Shown here: in pieces, positions 6,545 through 16,081 of the stretch | Numbering within the stretch: the first letter of the stretch is position 1 | Layout: each line of letters opens with the position of its first letter | NCBI GenBank assembly: GCA_964590575.1 | Contig: CAZPWM010000037.1 | Location: forward strand, 1 to 27,332 | Reading direction: 5' to 3' | Origin: an uncultured archaeon | GTDB lineage: Archaea > Asgardarchaeota > Thorarchaeia > Thorarchaeales > Thorarchaeaceae | DNA: 27,332 nt | The notes under the pieces: generated by a model | The model's input: the letters and a program-made list of their open reading frames with translations, nothing else | Told to the model about the DNA's origin: nothing | Databases searched by the model: none | Made by a program: the position numbers and the translations under genes

Positions 6545-8441
6545 AACCACGTGTACAACCTGCGCAGCCTTAGCAGGCTCTGAAACTCATAAGCCGAAAA
6601 GGTACAAGTACAGAATGGCGGGGCTTTCTGCTTCAATGCTTCTTCTTGGAATTATCTCACAATTCGCAGGCATCAATCTCCTAATTGTTTATGGAGTGTT
6701 TCTTACATCCATGCTCTCTGCTGGACAGTTCATCATTCCTCGGGGAGTACGAGGTCTCATGATGATGCGACTCGATATGCATTTCCTAATGTCATCAGCA
6801 TCAATTGGAGCTTTCATTATTGGAGCACCTGCAGAAGGTGCTGCTGTCATGTTTCTCTTTTTCATTTCCATGCTCCTTGAAGAGAGAGCTGAGGATCAGG
6901 TTAAGAAAGAACTGCGAGAACTTATAGAGCTGGAACCTCCATCCGCGACTATCAAAATGAGTAAGGGTGCTGAAGCCCTCATTCCAACATCAGAGGTCAG
7001 GCGAGGAGATATCCTTGTCATCCGACCCGGTTCTAAGATTGGGCTTGATGGTTTAGTTGTAAATGGCGAAACCTCAATCGATCAGGCACCAATCACTGGA
7101 GAATCACTTCCAGTCCCAAAGACAGTGGGAGACTCAGTTTATGCTGGGACTATCAACCAAGAGGGATACATCGAGGTTGAGGTCACGTCTGAATCAAGCG
7201 AAACAGTGCTCTCAAGAATAGTAGAATTGGTTGAGGAGGCTAAGAGTAAGAAGGCTCCAACGGAGCAGTTGATTTCACGATTCTCTCGAAGATATACACC
7301 AATAATGCTAGTGCTTACTATCTTGCTTGGAGTTGGTTCTTTGTATCTTGGCGCATCCATTACGGAAGCAACTTACCATGCATTAACCCTACTTGTAATT
7401 AGTTGTCCATGTGCATTTGTTGTATCAATTCCAGTAAGTATGGTTTCCTCTATCGCGGGTCTAGCAAGAGATGGAGTTCTTGTAAAAGGTGGAATCTATA
7501 TCGAACAGGTCAGTAAAACAAAATCTGTAGCATTCGATAAAACCGGTACTCTTACAGAGGGAGTACTATCTGTCAAGGAAGTATGTCTTCATAATGGTTA
7601 TTCAAGAGCAGATGTACTAATTCCAGCCGCCACCCTCGAACAGATGTCTGAACATCCTATTGCTAGAGCTGTGGTTGCAGCAACAGAAAAAGAGAATTTC
7701 CAACTTCGGGAAGCAGAAGCATTCCTGATAGTCCCAGGGCAGGGAGTTGGAGGTCAAATCGGAGATACAAAATATCTTGTCGGGAATCGAAGACTCCTAG
7801 CGGACCAACGCATTGCGCTGGACAGTCCCACTGAGCACAGTTGCGGAGTAGGAACAATGGTATATGTTGCCCAAAAACATGAACACCTTGGAACGATTAT
7901 TTTATCAGATTCACTCAGACCGGGCGCAATTGAAGCAGTTCGCGAACTCAGGAAGATGGGTATTGATACAATAATGCTCACAGGAGATAGTGAGACTGTG
8001 GCAAGAGAAGTTGCAGAAGAGGTGGGTGTTGACCGATACCTTGCAGAGCTTCTCCCTGAAGAGAAAGTCACAGTAATCGAAGAACTGTCCAGAAAAGGGT
8101 CAACTATTATGATTGGTGACGGAATAAATGATGCGCCAGCCTTAGCTGCAGCAAATGTAGGGATAGCTATGGGAGCCGTATCTTCGGATACTGCACTTGA
8201 AACATCAGACATCGCTCTTATGCAACAGGATTTGAGAAATGTACCAACCTTGATTAAGAAAGCAAGAAAGACCATGTCAATTGTCCGTCAAAACATTGCT
8301 ACTTCAATATCCGTCAAGCTCTTTGTAGGAGTTCTGGCAGCTTTTGGCCTAGTGAACCTGTGGGTTGCGATAGGTATTGGAGATATGGGTCTTACTTTCC
8401 TAGTTATTGCAAATGCCCTTAGGCTTGTCCGAAAAGGGTAA
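6528..8441 (+). CDS. cadA: P1B-2 heavy-metal (Zn/Cd/Pb) exporting ATPase, ZntA/CadA-like
   Basis: TGES, CPC in TM6, DKTGT, HP, GDGINDAP, Lys in TM7 and D-M-G in TM8; short N-terminal CTTC. Overlaps the ArsR gene by 17 nt. Confidence 0.9.
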   Translation: MSQENETTCTTCAALAGSETHKPKRYKYRMAGLSASMLLLGIISQFAGINLLIVYGVFLTSMLSAGQFIIPRGVRGLMMMRLDMHFLMSSASIGAFIIGAPAEGAAVMFLFFISMLLEERAEDQVKKELRELIELEPPSATIKMSKGAEALIPTSEVRRGDILVIRPGSKIGLDGLVVNGETSIDQAPITGESLPVPKTVGDSVYAGTINQEGYIEVEVTSESSETVLSRIVELVEEAKSKKAPTEQLISRFSRRYTPIMLVLTILLGVGSLYLGASITEATYHALTLLVISCPCAFVVSIPVSMVSSIAGLARDGVLVKGGIYIEQVSKTKSVAFDKTGTLTEGVLSVKEVCLHNGYSRADVLIPAATLEQMSEHPIARAVVAATEKENFQLREAEAFLIVPGQGVGGQIGDTKYLVGNRRLLADQRIALDSPTEHSCGVGTMVYVAQKHEHLGTIILSDSLRPGAIEAVRELRKMGIDTIMLTGDSETVAREVAEEVGVDRYLAELLPEEKVTVIEELSRKGSTIMIGDGINDAPALAAANVGIAMGAVSSDTALETSDIALMQQDLRNVPTLIKKARKTMSIVRQNIATSISVKLFVGVLAAFGLVNLWVAIGIGDMGLTFLVIANALRLVRKG

Positions 8442-8447
8442 CATGAG

Positions 8448-10025
8448 TTATTTGTATGTATTAAGTGCACGAATTGATAACGCCAAAAAGAAGTAGACTA
8501 GCGATAGTGTGTAAAGGGGAAGAATCACTAGGACAAAGGTACTGTCAGAGAGAACCGCGACAAGGTACACCATAATCGCGCCCAGCCCGAGATTAATAAT
8601 CGGAAAAGAAAATGCCAATGGAACTGGAAGAGTCTTCGGATCATTTGTCATGACTGGAACGTATGCTCCAATAGCACTCCCAGTTGCAGCAAACAGAATT
8701 GTAAGGGGGGCTATCAGAGTGATAATAGCTAAATATCCTTCAATGTGAATGAAGTAAATCAAAAACCCGCACGCAGGAATCACGGTTATCGCAATCTCGA
8801 ACAAACTCAATAAGAACTTCGATAGGATGATGTCTTTAGATTGGAATGGAGAGGCTTTTAGCAAGTATATGTTATCTCGCTCGTCAACAAAGCTTAGCAT
8901 TGATGTTACACTACCCATCTGGACAAATAGTATCATCATAAGGATAAAAGCAGGAACTAAGGCAAATGCGAGACTTGTCGGCACAATGACTGCAGGAAAC
9001 CACAGAGGTTTCACTATATTCAGATAGAGAACGAAAACAGTACCAACAACTGCGTAGATATACTTCCATATTTGCATGGGTGACCTAAGACGACTCCAAA
9101 AGTCCTTAATCATAATCCAAATCATAGGGTCAGCGAACCGCGAACCGGAGAAGTCAATTTCACCTCGGATAATCCGACTAAATCTTCCTTCGGTCTGTTC
9201 CTTTCCCTTACTAGCTGAAAAGAGCTCATAGTATTCATAGCCAGTGATATTGGCTGCGGTAAGCAAGCAGATAGCAAATCCTATCATTATGAGGATTACA
9301 CCATAGAGAGGGTTAATTCCTTGTGTGAATATTCCAGTAGATTCTGTAAGAAAGAGCGCAAAAGCATTAGAGGGTGCTATGTAGAATGCAGTAATGTTAG
9401 ACAAAACCCACTGATGTGCTGGAAGGAGTGTGAGAGTTCCTAATACAACAACCATTAGGTGACGCAAACGATGTTGAGTCCTTCGTGTTAACCATATTCG
9501 AACAAAGGAACTTATCGCTCCTAGAAGGTAATTAATCTCCAGGAAAATGATAACAACAATTAGTAGAGAAATCGCCGCAAAGAAAAGTAAACTAGCAGAA
9601 ATTAGAAGGGGTAGGACTGCTAGGACACCAATTATAATGAATGAAATCTTTCGGATTATTCTTCTTATATAGCGGCTCAAAAAAATCTGATGTGGTTTTA
9701 TTGGAGCGGACATCATTAAACTTTCATCCTCTGCAGTCAGAATTGCAGCAGGACCGAGACCGAAGTAACCGCTCACTACTGAAGACGCAGTCAGAACTGC
9801 AGTTGCAGCGAAAATCATTCCTCTATCTAAGGTTTCTTCGAGCAACCCGCTGAGATTGAGGAATAGTGGGGCAAATGACACAAGACTGGAAACCACAGAA
9901 CTTACGAAGAACACTCCAAAGAAAGTAATCCCATAGAAAAGGAGCATCGATGGAGAAGTGATAGCTAGTTTGAGTTGATTGTACAACATTCGAATCTCAT
10001 TTTTCGCGAGTTTGAATGTTGACAA
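8448..10025 (-). CDS. Putative ABC exporter permease
   Basis: Many TM helices in two related halves (LMMSAPIKPHQIFLSR; LLKASPFQSKDIILSKF); directly downstream of an ABC ATPase. Confidence 0.8.
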   Translation of the reverse strand: MSTFKLAKNEIRMLYNQLKLAITSPSMLLFYGITFFGVFFVSSVVSSLVSFAPLFLNLSGLLEETLDRGMIFAATAVLTASSVVSGYFGLGPAAILTAEDESLMMSAPIKPHQIFLSRYIRRIIRKISFIIIGVLAVLPLLISASLLFFAAISLLIVVIIFLEINYLLGAISSFVRIWLTRRTQHRLRHLMVVVLGTLTLLPAHQWVLSNITAFYIAPSNAFALFLTESTGIFTQGINPLYGVILIMIGFAICLLTAANITGYEYYELFSASKGKEQTEGRFSRIIRGEIDFSGSRFADPMIWIMIKDFWSRLRSPMQIWKYIYAVVGTVFVLYLNIVKPLWFPAVIVPTSLAFALVPAFILMMILFVQMGSVTSMLSFVDERDNIYLLKASPFQSKDIILSKFLLSLFEIAITVIPACGFLIYFIHIEGYLAIITLIAPLTILFAATGSAIGAYVPVMTNDPKTLPVPLAFSFPIINLGLGAIMVYLVAVLSDSTFVLVILPLYTLSLVYFFLALSIRALNTYK

Positions 10026-10038
10026 TTTGAAGCACCTC

Positions 10039-10944
10039 TTATTCAGGGATACCGCCAGTTAGGCTGAGAAATATTTCTTCAAGACTCGATGTTTCAGGTA
10101 ATTGATGCTGCAGCTCTTCCAGCGTTCCTTTCCCAACGACATCACCCTCATTCATTATCACAAATCTATCGCAAAGATCTGCAGCAACCTCGAGTATATG
10201 TGTTGAAATTAGAATGGCAGAACCCTCATCTCTTAGTTTCCGTAGTAGTTTCTTCAAATTCCATGCTCCGCGAGGGTCGAGACCGTAAATAGGTTCATCC
10301 AGTGCCAGAATGTAAGGGGGTTTTCTGGTAAAGATGCCTATCAACAAAGCACGTTGCAGGTTTCCTTTCGATAAGGTCCCGACATAAGTATCGATGAACT
10401 CATCGAAGTTGAACAATTCTACAAACTCTCTCAATCTGATCAAAGCAGTTTCGCGAGGAACACCATAAATACGGGAATTAAACATCACATATTCTCGTGC
10501 GGTCAAACTAGGATAACATGTTGGTTTCTCAGGAATGTACCCAATATTTTGTTTTGCTGACATCGCTTCATCTTGGATATCATGACCATCTACTTTGATT
10601 GAACCACTTGTGGCACGAATGATTCCCGTTAGCATTCTCAGTGTTGTTGTCTTTCCAGCTCCATTTGGTCCTACGAGTCCGACAATCTCACCAGGTTCGA
10701 CTTGGAGGTTGAGTTTGCGGACTGCAGTCTTCTTACCAAAATTCTTAGTCACATCTTCAAGCAAGATGGCAGGTGATTCTAGTGTAATTGGTATTGAGGG
10801 GTCTCGTCTCTCCAACTCTTTCAAAACTCTATCAACTAGCCAGCTTCGCTTGATAGTCCGCTTGACTATTGGCACCTTTAATGTACGTGCTAGACGAAGT
10901 AGCTCATCTCCAGGCATTCGTTCAATATCAGCTCGCATCGTCAC
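10039..10944 (-). CDS. ABC transporter ATP-binding protein (ABC-2/exporter type) with an N-terminal helical extension
   Basis: Walker A GPNGAGKTT, signature LSKGNLQR, Walker B ILALDEP, H-loop STH. Confidence 0.92.
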   Translation of the reverse strand: MTMRADIERMPGDELLRLARTLKVPIVKRTIKRSWLVDRVLKELERRDPSIPITLESPAILLEDVTKNFGKKTAVRKLNLQVEPGEIVGLVGPNGAGKTTTLRMLTGIIRATSGSIKVDGHDIQDEAMSAKQNIGYIPEKPTCYPSLTAREYVMFNSRIYGVPRETALIRLREFVELFNFDEFIDTYVGTLSKGNLQRALLIGIFTRKPPYILALDEPIYGLDPRGAWNLKKLLRKLRDEGSAILISTHILEVAADLCDRFVIMNEGDVVGKGTLEELQHQLPETSSLEEIFLSLTGGIPE

Positions 10945-11042
10945 TGACTGCTACTCTCCCACCGGGGTGTCATTGTTAGTACATGAGCACTTTTAACTTC
11001 AGTCAATAATAAGTAACTGGTCTAAGTACGAATGCACTAGGT

Positions 11043-11759
11043 CTAATTTATGAAATGCTCAAGTTCGTATGGTATCACGTTGACAAGTCTCAAATTCCAG
11101 TTAACAACTTGAGTTACTAGAGGAATGATCTCAACCCCATTGGCATGAGCGGAACGGAGAGCTTTTCCGAATTTAGGATCAGTATTATCGTTTGGTGAGA
11201 ACACGATAGCATCGGGTCTCTGAATCACAAAGATTATCGCTGAGCGTTTCACTTGCTTCTGTTTCAGCGCAGTAGCTAAATGCCAGACATGCCTTGTACC
11301 TCTAATGGTCGGAGCATCTGGAAAAATGGCACGACCTTCCTCAACGAGAGTACAGGACTTGACCTCAATGAATGACGACCCTCTCGAACCAGATAATTTG
11401 AAGTCAAAGCGACCCTCGAAAGCACGAGGTTCAGAAATCACTGTGTCGTAGTCCTTAAAGAATGGAAGTTCATAGGAAAGGAGGAGATTCTTGATGAATC
11501 GATTGGGTAAGCTTGAGTCTATGGAAACAAGAACTCCGGCGTATTCAAGACCGATCATGTCATAGTCGGTCTTTCGATGAGGCGCGCTGTTCTCTCTGAG
11601 GAAGACTTCATTTCCAGGGATCATCAGCTCAAGCATCCGCCCAGGATTGGGGATGAAAGCCTCTACAATCTTTCCATCAAGTCGAACTATACCTAAGAAT
11701 CGATTTGGCCTCTCTACTAAAATCGCCTTTCTAATTACGGGAGTTTCAATCATATCCAA
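11043..11759 (-). CDS. sfsA: SfsA DNA/RNA nuclease (sugar fermentation stimulation protein)
   Basis: ERPNRF, PNPGRM.EL, RKT.YD, RFDF, IEVKSCTLV...FPDAPT.RG.RH motifs. Confidence 0.95.
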   Translation of the reverse strand: MDMIETPVIRKAILVERPNRFLGIVRLDGKIVEAFIPNPGRMLELMIPGNEVFLRENSAPHRKTDYDMIGLEYAGVLVSIDSSLPNRFIKNLLLSYELPFFKDYDTVISEPRAFEGRFDFKLSGSRGSSFIEVKSCTLVEEGRAIFPDAPTIRGTRHVWHLATALKQKQVKRSAIIFVIQRPDAIVFSPNDNTDPKFGKALRSAHANGVEIIPLVTQVVNWNLRLVNVIPYELEHFIN

Positions 11760-11855
11760 TTGTTACCAATCCTTATTCTCGTCACGTAAACATCGCTCAC
11801 GCAAAAACCTTTTACCAAAGGTTCACTCTGAGTACTGCTTGTGCTTTTGTAGGGA

Positions 11856-12473
11856 GTGGCTAGTTTGGTAACGCGTGTACTACTTGTAGATGACGATATA
11901 GAGCTTTTAGACATTACCAGAATTCTGCTTCAACAGAAGGCACCTGATATTGAGATTGTTGTTTCATCCTCAGTCAAGAATGCATTTGAGAAATTGGAGA
12001 ACGAAGATATCGATGTCGTCATCTCGGATTATTTGATGCAAGACGCTTCAGGGCTTGATTTACTAGAAGCTCTTCGGGCGAGCGGAGATGATGTTGGATT
12101 TGTTATTTGGACAGGACATTCAAACGAGGAGATCGTCATCAAATCACTGAATCTTGGCGCTGATTACTACATTCTTAAAGGGGTTGATTATCGGAATCAG
12201 TTCTCAACACTCAAGGATATCATCCAAAATATAGCAAAGAAGAAATCGAAAGCTGGCACTCCAATGATAAAACAGGCGAATGCAAGTAAGTTCATTCACA
12301 AATTATCTCATGATATCATAGGAATTACTCACAACATCATGGGGTATGCAACTCTGCTTGAAGAGGATATCAATAAAGAGTATATCAAGGGCATCAATAG
12401 ACTCACCGTAAAACTGGTTGACAGAATTAAGACAGCAGTGTCTGAAGTGGATGATGGAGTATTGACCGAATAA
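11856..12473 (+). CDS. Response-regulator receiver fused to a HisKA/DHp-like helical domain (no ATPase domain)
   Basis: VLLVDDD, DVVISDY (phospho-Asp), WTG, GADYYILK; C-terminus FIHKLSHDIIGITHNIMGYATLL. Confidence 0.85.
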   Translation: MASLVTRVLLVDDDIELLDITRILLQQKAPDIEIVVSSSVKNAFEKLENEDIDVVISDYLMQDASGLDLLEALRASGDDVGFVIWTGHSNEEIVIKSLNLGADYYILKGVDYRNQFSTLKDIIQNIAKKKSKAGTPMIKQANASKFIHKLSHDIIGITHNIMGYATLLEEDINKEYIKGINRLTVKLVDRIKTAVSEVDDGVLTE

Positions 12474-12482
12474 TAACTAATT

Positions 12483-13583
12483 CTAAAGAAATTCAGTCAG
12501 ACACAACTGTTCTGAGGCTTCACTCAATCCTGATACTTTCACTCCAACGAGACGGATAGGTTTTTCACGGTCTCTCTGATGATCGAAAATCTCTACAGCC
12601 ATCTGTCGTAAGACATTGGGATTATCGGTTTCGACTGGAATGCTTTTACTACGCTGGATGGTTGAATAATCGCTGTATCTCATTTTGATTGTGACTGTCT
12701 TAAATCGGAGGGCTTTCTGCTTGAGTCTTTCCCCAATCCTACCGCACATGTTTCCTAGAACATCATGGAGATAGTCAATTGATCCTGGTTCAATATCTTC
12801 CATGAATGTCCTATCCTTCGAAATAGACTTTCTTACTCTTGGTCCATTATCAATTAAGGGACGCTCATCAATCCCTCGTGCCCGTTGGTAGAGCCAAGTG
12901 GATCCACGACCCATTGCGGGCCACAACTCTGGAATCGTCATTCTTTGAATCTGTCCAAGGGTTGAAATCCCGAATCTTTCTAAACGATCTGAGGTCTTCT
13001 TACCAATCCCATTAAGAGCTGCAACCGGTAGGGGTTCGAGAAACTTCAAGACATCTGAAGGATCAGGACCAACAATTGTGATTCCTCGAGGCTTGTTTAT
13101 CCCTGTGGCCACTTTCGCAACTGACATGCAGGGAGCGACTCCAATTGAACAAGGCAGCTTGGTATCATGCCAGATAGAATCCTGAATCCAAGTAGCTAGA
13201 TTCCGCGGACTACCAAAGACCTCCACACCCTCTGTCGCTTCGATATATGCTTCATCAATACTTGCTCTTCGGACCCGACCCCCATCAGCATATTCACGCA
13301 ACACATCCATGAACTCATCAGACGCAACGCCATAACTCTCAAACTCACCATCTACGAAAGTTGCGTTTGGACACAAACGATACGCTTGGGAAACGGGCAT
13401 GCCAGCTTGGATTCCTTTAGCTCGCGCCTCATAGGAAGCTGCTCGAACAACACCGCGGCCAGATCCTCCTTTTGGATCATGACCAACACAAACAGGAAGT
13501 CCAGCAAGCTCTGGATGATTCCTAAATTGTTCTACAGAGGCAAAAAACGCATCCATATCTACATGCATAATCCAACGTGACAT
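12483..13583 (-). CDS. dinB: Y-family DNA polymerase IV (DinB/Dbh)
   Basis: HVDMDAFFASVE, ASYEAR..G, SIDEAY, little-finger RKSISKDRTF...IRLVGV. Confidence 0.96.
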   Translation of the reverse strand: MSRWIMHVDMDAFFASVEQFRNHPELAGLPVCVGHDPKGGSGRGVVRAASYEARAKGIQAGMPVSQAYRLCPNATFVDGEFESYGVASDEFMDVLREYADGGRVRRASIDEAYIEATEGVEVFGSPRNLATWIQDSIWHDTKLPCSIGVAPCMSVAKVATGINKPRGITIVGPDPSDVLKFLEPLPVAALNGIGKKTSDRLERFGISTLGQIQRMTIPELWPAMGRGSTWLYQRARGIDERPLIDNGPRVRKSISKDRTFMEDIEPGSIDYLHDVLGNMCGRIGERLKQKALRFKTVTIKMRYSDYSTIQRSKSIPVETDNPNVLRQMAVEIFDHQRDREKPIRLVGVKVSGLSEASEQLCLTEFL

Positions 13584-13720
13584 CTATGACCTAGATTGTA
13601 TCTGCTCATTTCCGATTAGCAGTTTCCGATTGTTTCTGTTTTCTTAATAGAATCTACTAGTCTCAGGGAGATGACCGAATCTAATTGAAGAAATATACCC
13701 TCTTGTGTATATCCTAGAGA

Positions 13721-16081
13721 GTGCTATATGCACTTAATTCTAATTCGACAACCTACTCGGCTCATCAGACACTAATGGGACCACTCATGAAAGATATAGA
13801 AGCCGTTTCAAACAATGAAATCAGTCAAGAAGAGGAAGCAATTCGCTATAGGGCTTTAGTGGACTCTATGAATGATGGATTTGGTATTGTAAATGATGAT
13901 GGTATCTTCACCTATGTCAACTCACGCTTTGCTAAGATGCTCGATTACTCTGAGGACCAGATGATTGGAAAAGCACTACTGAGTTTTGTTGATGAAAAAA
14001 ACAAGCAAATTGTACGTGACAATGTTAGAAAACGTACAATAGGTGAAGCCACGCAGTATGAAGTGGAGTGGACAAAAAGCAGGGGTGACCAGATCCCAAC
14101 AATTGTGTCTGGAGCGCCTATAATTGATGATGATGGAAATCATCGAGGTTCGTTTGCTGTCATTACAGATATCACTGAACTGAGAGCTTCACGAGAGGCT
14201 CTGGAAGAAAGTGCTGAGATGATGAGAAGGATTTTCGAAGAGTCACAACTTGGAATTGAATTATTCGACGCCAAAGGAATTCTTATCGCAGCAAATCGAG
14301 CAGCCTTGAAGATAGGAGGAATCTCAGATATCAAAGATCTCTTAGGTTTTAGCCTCTTTGACGATCCTAATGTGCCAAATGAAATCAAGGCGAGATTAAT
14401 CAGAGGAGAGCCTGTCAAGTACGAAACCACATTCGATTTTGATAAAGTAAAAGAGAAAACGCTCTACATAACAAATCGAACGGGTACTATTATCCTAGAT
14501 GCTTGGATTACCCCCCTAGGTCTTGAGAATGGTGGAGAACTCAAAGGCTACCTGAGTCAGATGCTTGAGATAACAGAAGAAAGACAAACTGAGGCCGCTC
14601 TTGAAGACACTGAGAAGCTCTACAGACTTCTTGCAGAAAATGTTACAGACGTCCTATTCACCGCAGATATGGAGCTCAATCTTAAGTATGTTAGCCCCTC
14701 AGCTGAACGGGTTCTTGGATACACCATAGAAGAAGTGACTAATAGGTCTCTGATTGAGCTGATGTCTCCAGAATCAGTATGGGTTGCAATAGAAGCTGTC
14801 AAAGAGGCTTTGGAAGCTGAAAAACTAGCAAATCAGGCGCTAACCCATGGTGACTCCCCGCCTCTTGAGATACAACTCAAACGTAAGGATGGTTCTTTGG
14901 TTTGGACAGAAGTTGCTCGAACTTTCACTCGAGACTCCAAGAACAACCCAACTGGGATACTTGGAGTGGCGAGGAATATTGAGGAGAGAAAGGAAAGTCA
15001 GAAAGCTCTGATAGATTCAGAATTTAAGTATCGAACATTGATTGAGCATTCATTTCAAGGGATTGTGATATTGCTCCCTTCACCAATGCAGATTATATAC
15101 GCAAACCCGGCATTTGCGAGTTTCATTGAAAGGACAGTGGATGATGTTCAGACATTCGGCCAAAAGGAGATTCAGGAAACGATTCATCCGGACGATTGGG
15201 AAATGGTCACCAACAGGCTTCAAGAACTAATGGCTGGCGATCCACCTAGTCGAATTCCCATGCTGATTCGTGTTTTTCAAAAAGATGGAGATATGCAATG
15301 GCTTGAGCTTTTTGGTTCGCAAATTGAGTTTGAAGGGCATCCAGCATTGCAGGTCTTAGCAATGAATGTGACAGAGCGAATCGATGCGGAGAAACATATT
15401 GAAACGCAGAAAGAGCGTGCGATGCATCTCATCGATCTTATGGCGCACGATTTTAGGAACCAGTTGCAAATCATTTTAGGAAGCACAATGGTTATGGAGA
15501 TGAAACTCCAGGAACCTGATGCGCGTCGTCTTCTAGGACAAATAGTGTCATCTGTCGAGAGATGCCAGAGCATGATCTCAAAGGTCAAGGTTACTGAACC
15601 CTTGATGTCAATACCCTTGAGAATCAGAAAGCTGAGCACAACCCTTGAATCGGTTGCTAAATCCTACAAAGAACAACACAGAGATGTGGTGTTTGAGGTG
15701 TCAGTAGATTCTGATAACTCACTCATTGATGCTGATCAATTCTTGGAGCAATTGTTTGAAAACATAATCGAGAATGCTATTGAGCACAATCCACGAGAGG
15801 AAAGGACAGTCTGGATTTCACTCAAGCCGAGTGGAGAGGGGTATGAGGTGGTCATCGGTGATAATGGACAAGGAATATCTGGTTCACTAAAGACCGCAAT
15901 TTTTGATGTATCAAGACGTTATGGAGGAGTGGGGCTACATCAGTCAAAACAAATTTGTGACAAGTATGGTGGCCGCATTGAAGTGAGAGACCGCTTGAAA
16001 GGACAACCTACAAAGGGTGTAGAGTTTATCATATGGCTCCCAAAAACACGCGAACAAGGTAATGGGTTAAAGAAGTCTTGA
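13721..16081 (+). CDS. Multi-PAS (4 PAS) cytoplasmic sensor histidine kinase
   Basis: Four PAS repeats; H-box LMAHDFRNQ; N-box NIIENA; DNGQG; GGVGL. The true start may be ATG 13775 or 13787. Confidence 0.9.
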   Translation: MLYALNSNSTTYSAHQTLMGPLMKDIEAVSNNEISQEEEAIRYRALVDSMNDGFGIVNDDGIFTYVNSRFAKMLDYSEDQMIGKALLSFVDEKNKQIVRDNVRKRTIGEATQYEVEWTKSRGDQIPTIVSGAPIIDDDGNHRGSFAVITDITELRASREALEESAEMMRRIFEESQLGIELFDAKGILIAANRAALKIGGISDIKDLLGFSLFDDPNVPNEIKARLIRGEPVKYETTFDFDKVKEKTLYITNRTGTIILDAWITPLGLENGGELKGYLSQMLEITEERQTEAALEDTEKLYRLLAENVTDVLFTADMELNLKYVSPSAERVLGYTIEEVTNRSLIELMSPESVWVAIEAVKEALEAEKLANQALTHGDSPPLEIQLKRKDGSLVWTEVARTFTRDSKNNPTGILGVARNIEERKESQKALIDSEFKYRTLIEHSFQGIVILLPSPMQIIYANPAFASFIERTVDDVQTFGQKEIQETIHPDDWEMVTNRLQELMAGDPPSRIPMLIRVFQKDGDMQWLELFGSQIEFEGHPALQVLAMNVTERIDAEKHIETQKERAMHLIDLMAHDFRNQLQIILGSTMVMEMKLQEPDARRLLGQIVSSVERCQSMISKVKVTEPLMSIPLRIRKLSTTLESVAKSYKEQHRDVVFEVSVDSDNSLIDADQFLEQLFENIIENAIEHNPREERTVWISLKPSGEGYEVVIGDNGQGISGSLKTAIFDVSRRYGGVGLHQSKQICDKYGGRIEVRDRLKGQPTKGVEFIIWLPKTREQGNGLKKS

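Noticed and set aside
13693-13712. ATATAC-N8-GTATAT palindrome before the 4-PAS kinase
   Set aside because: Short and AT-rich in a promoter region; compatible with chance or TATA-like elements.
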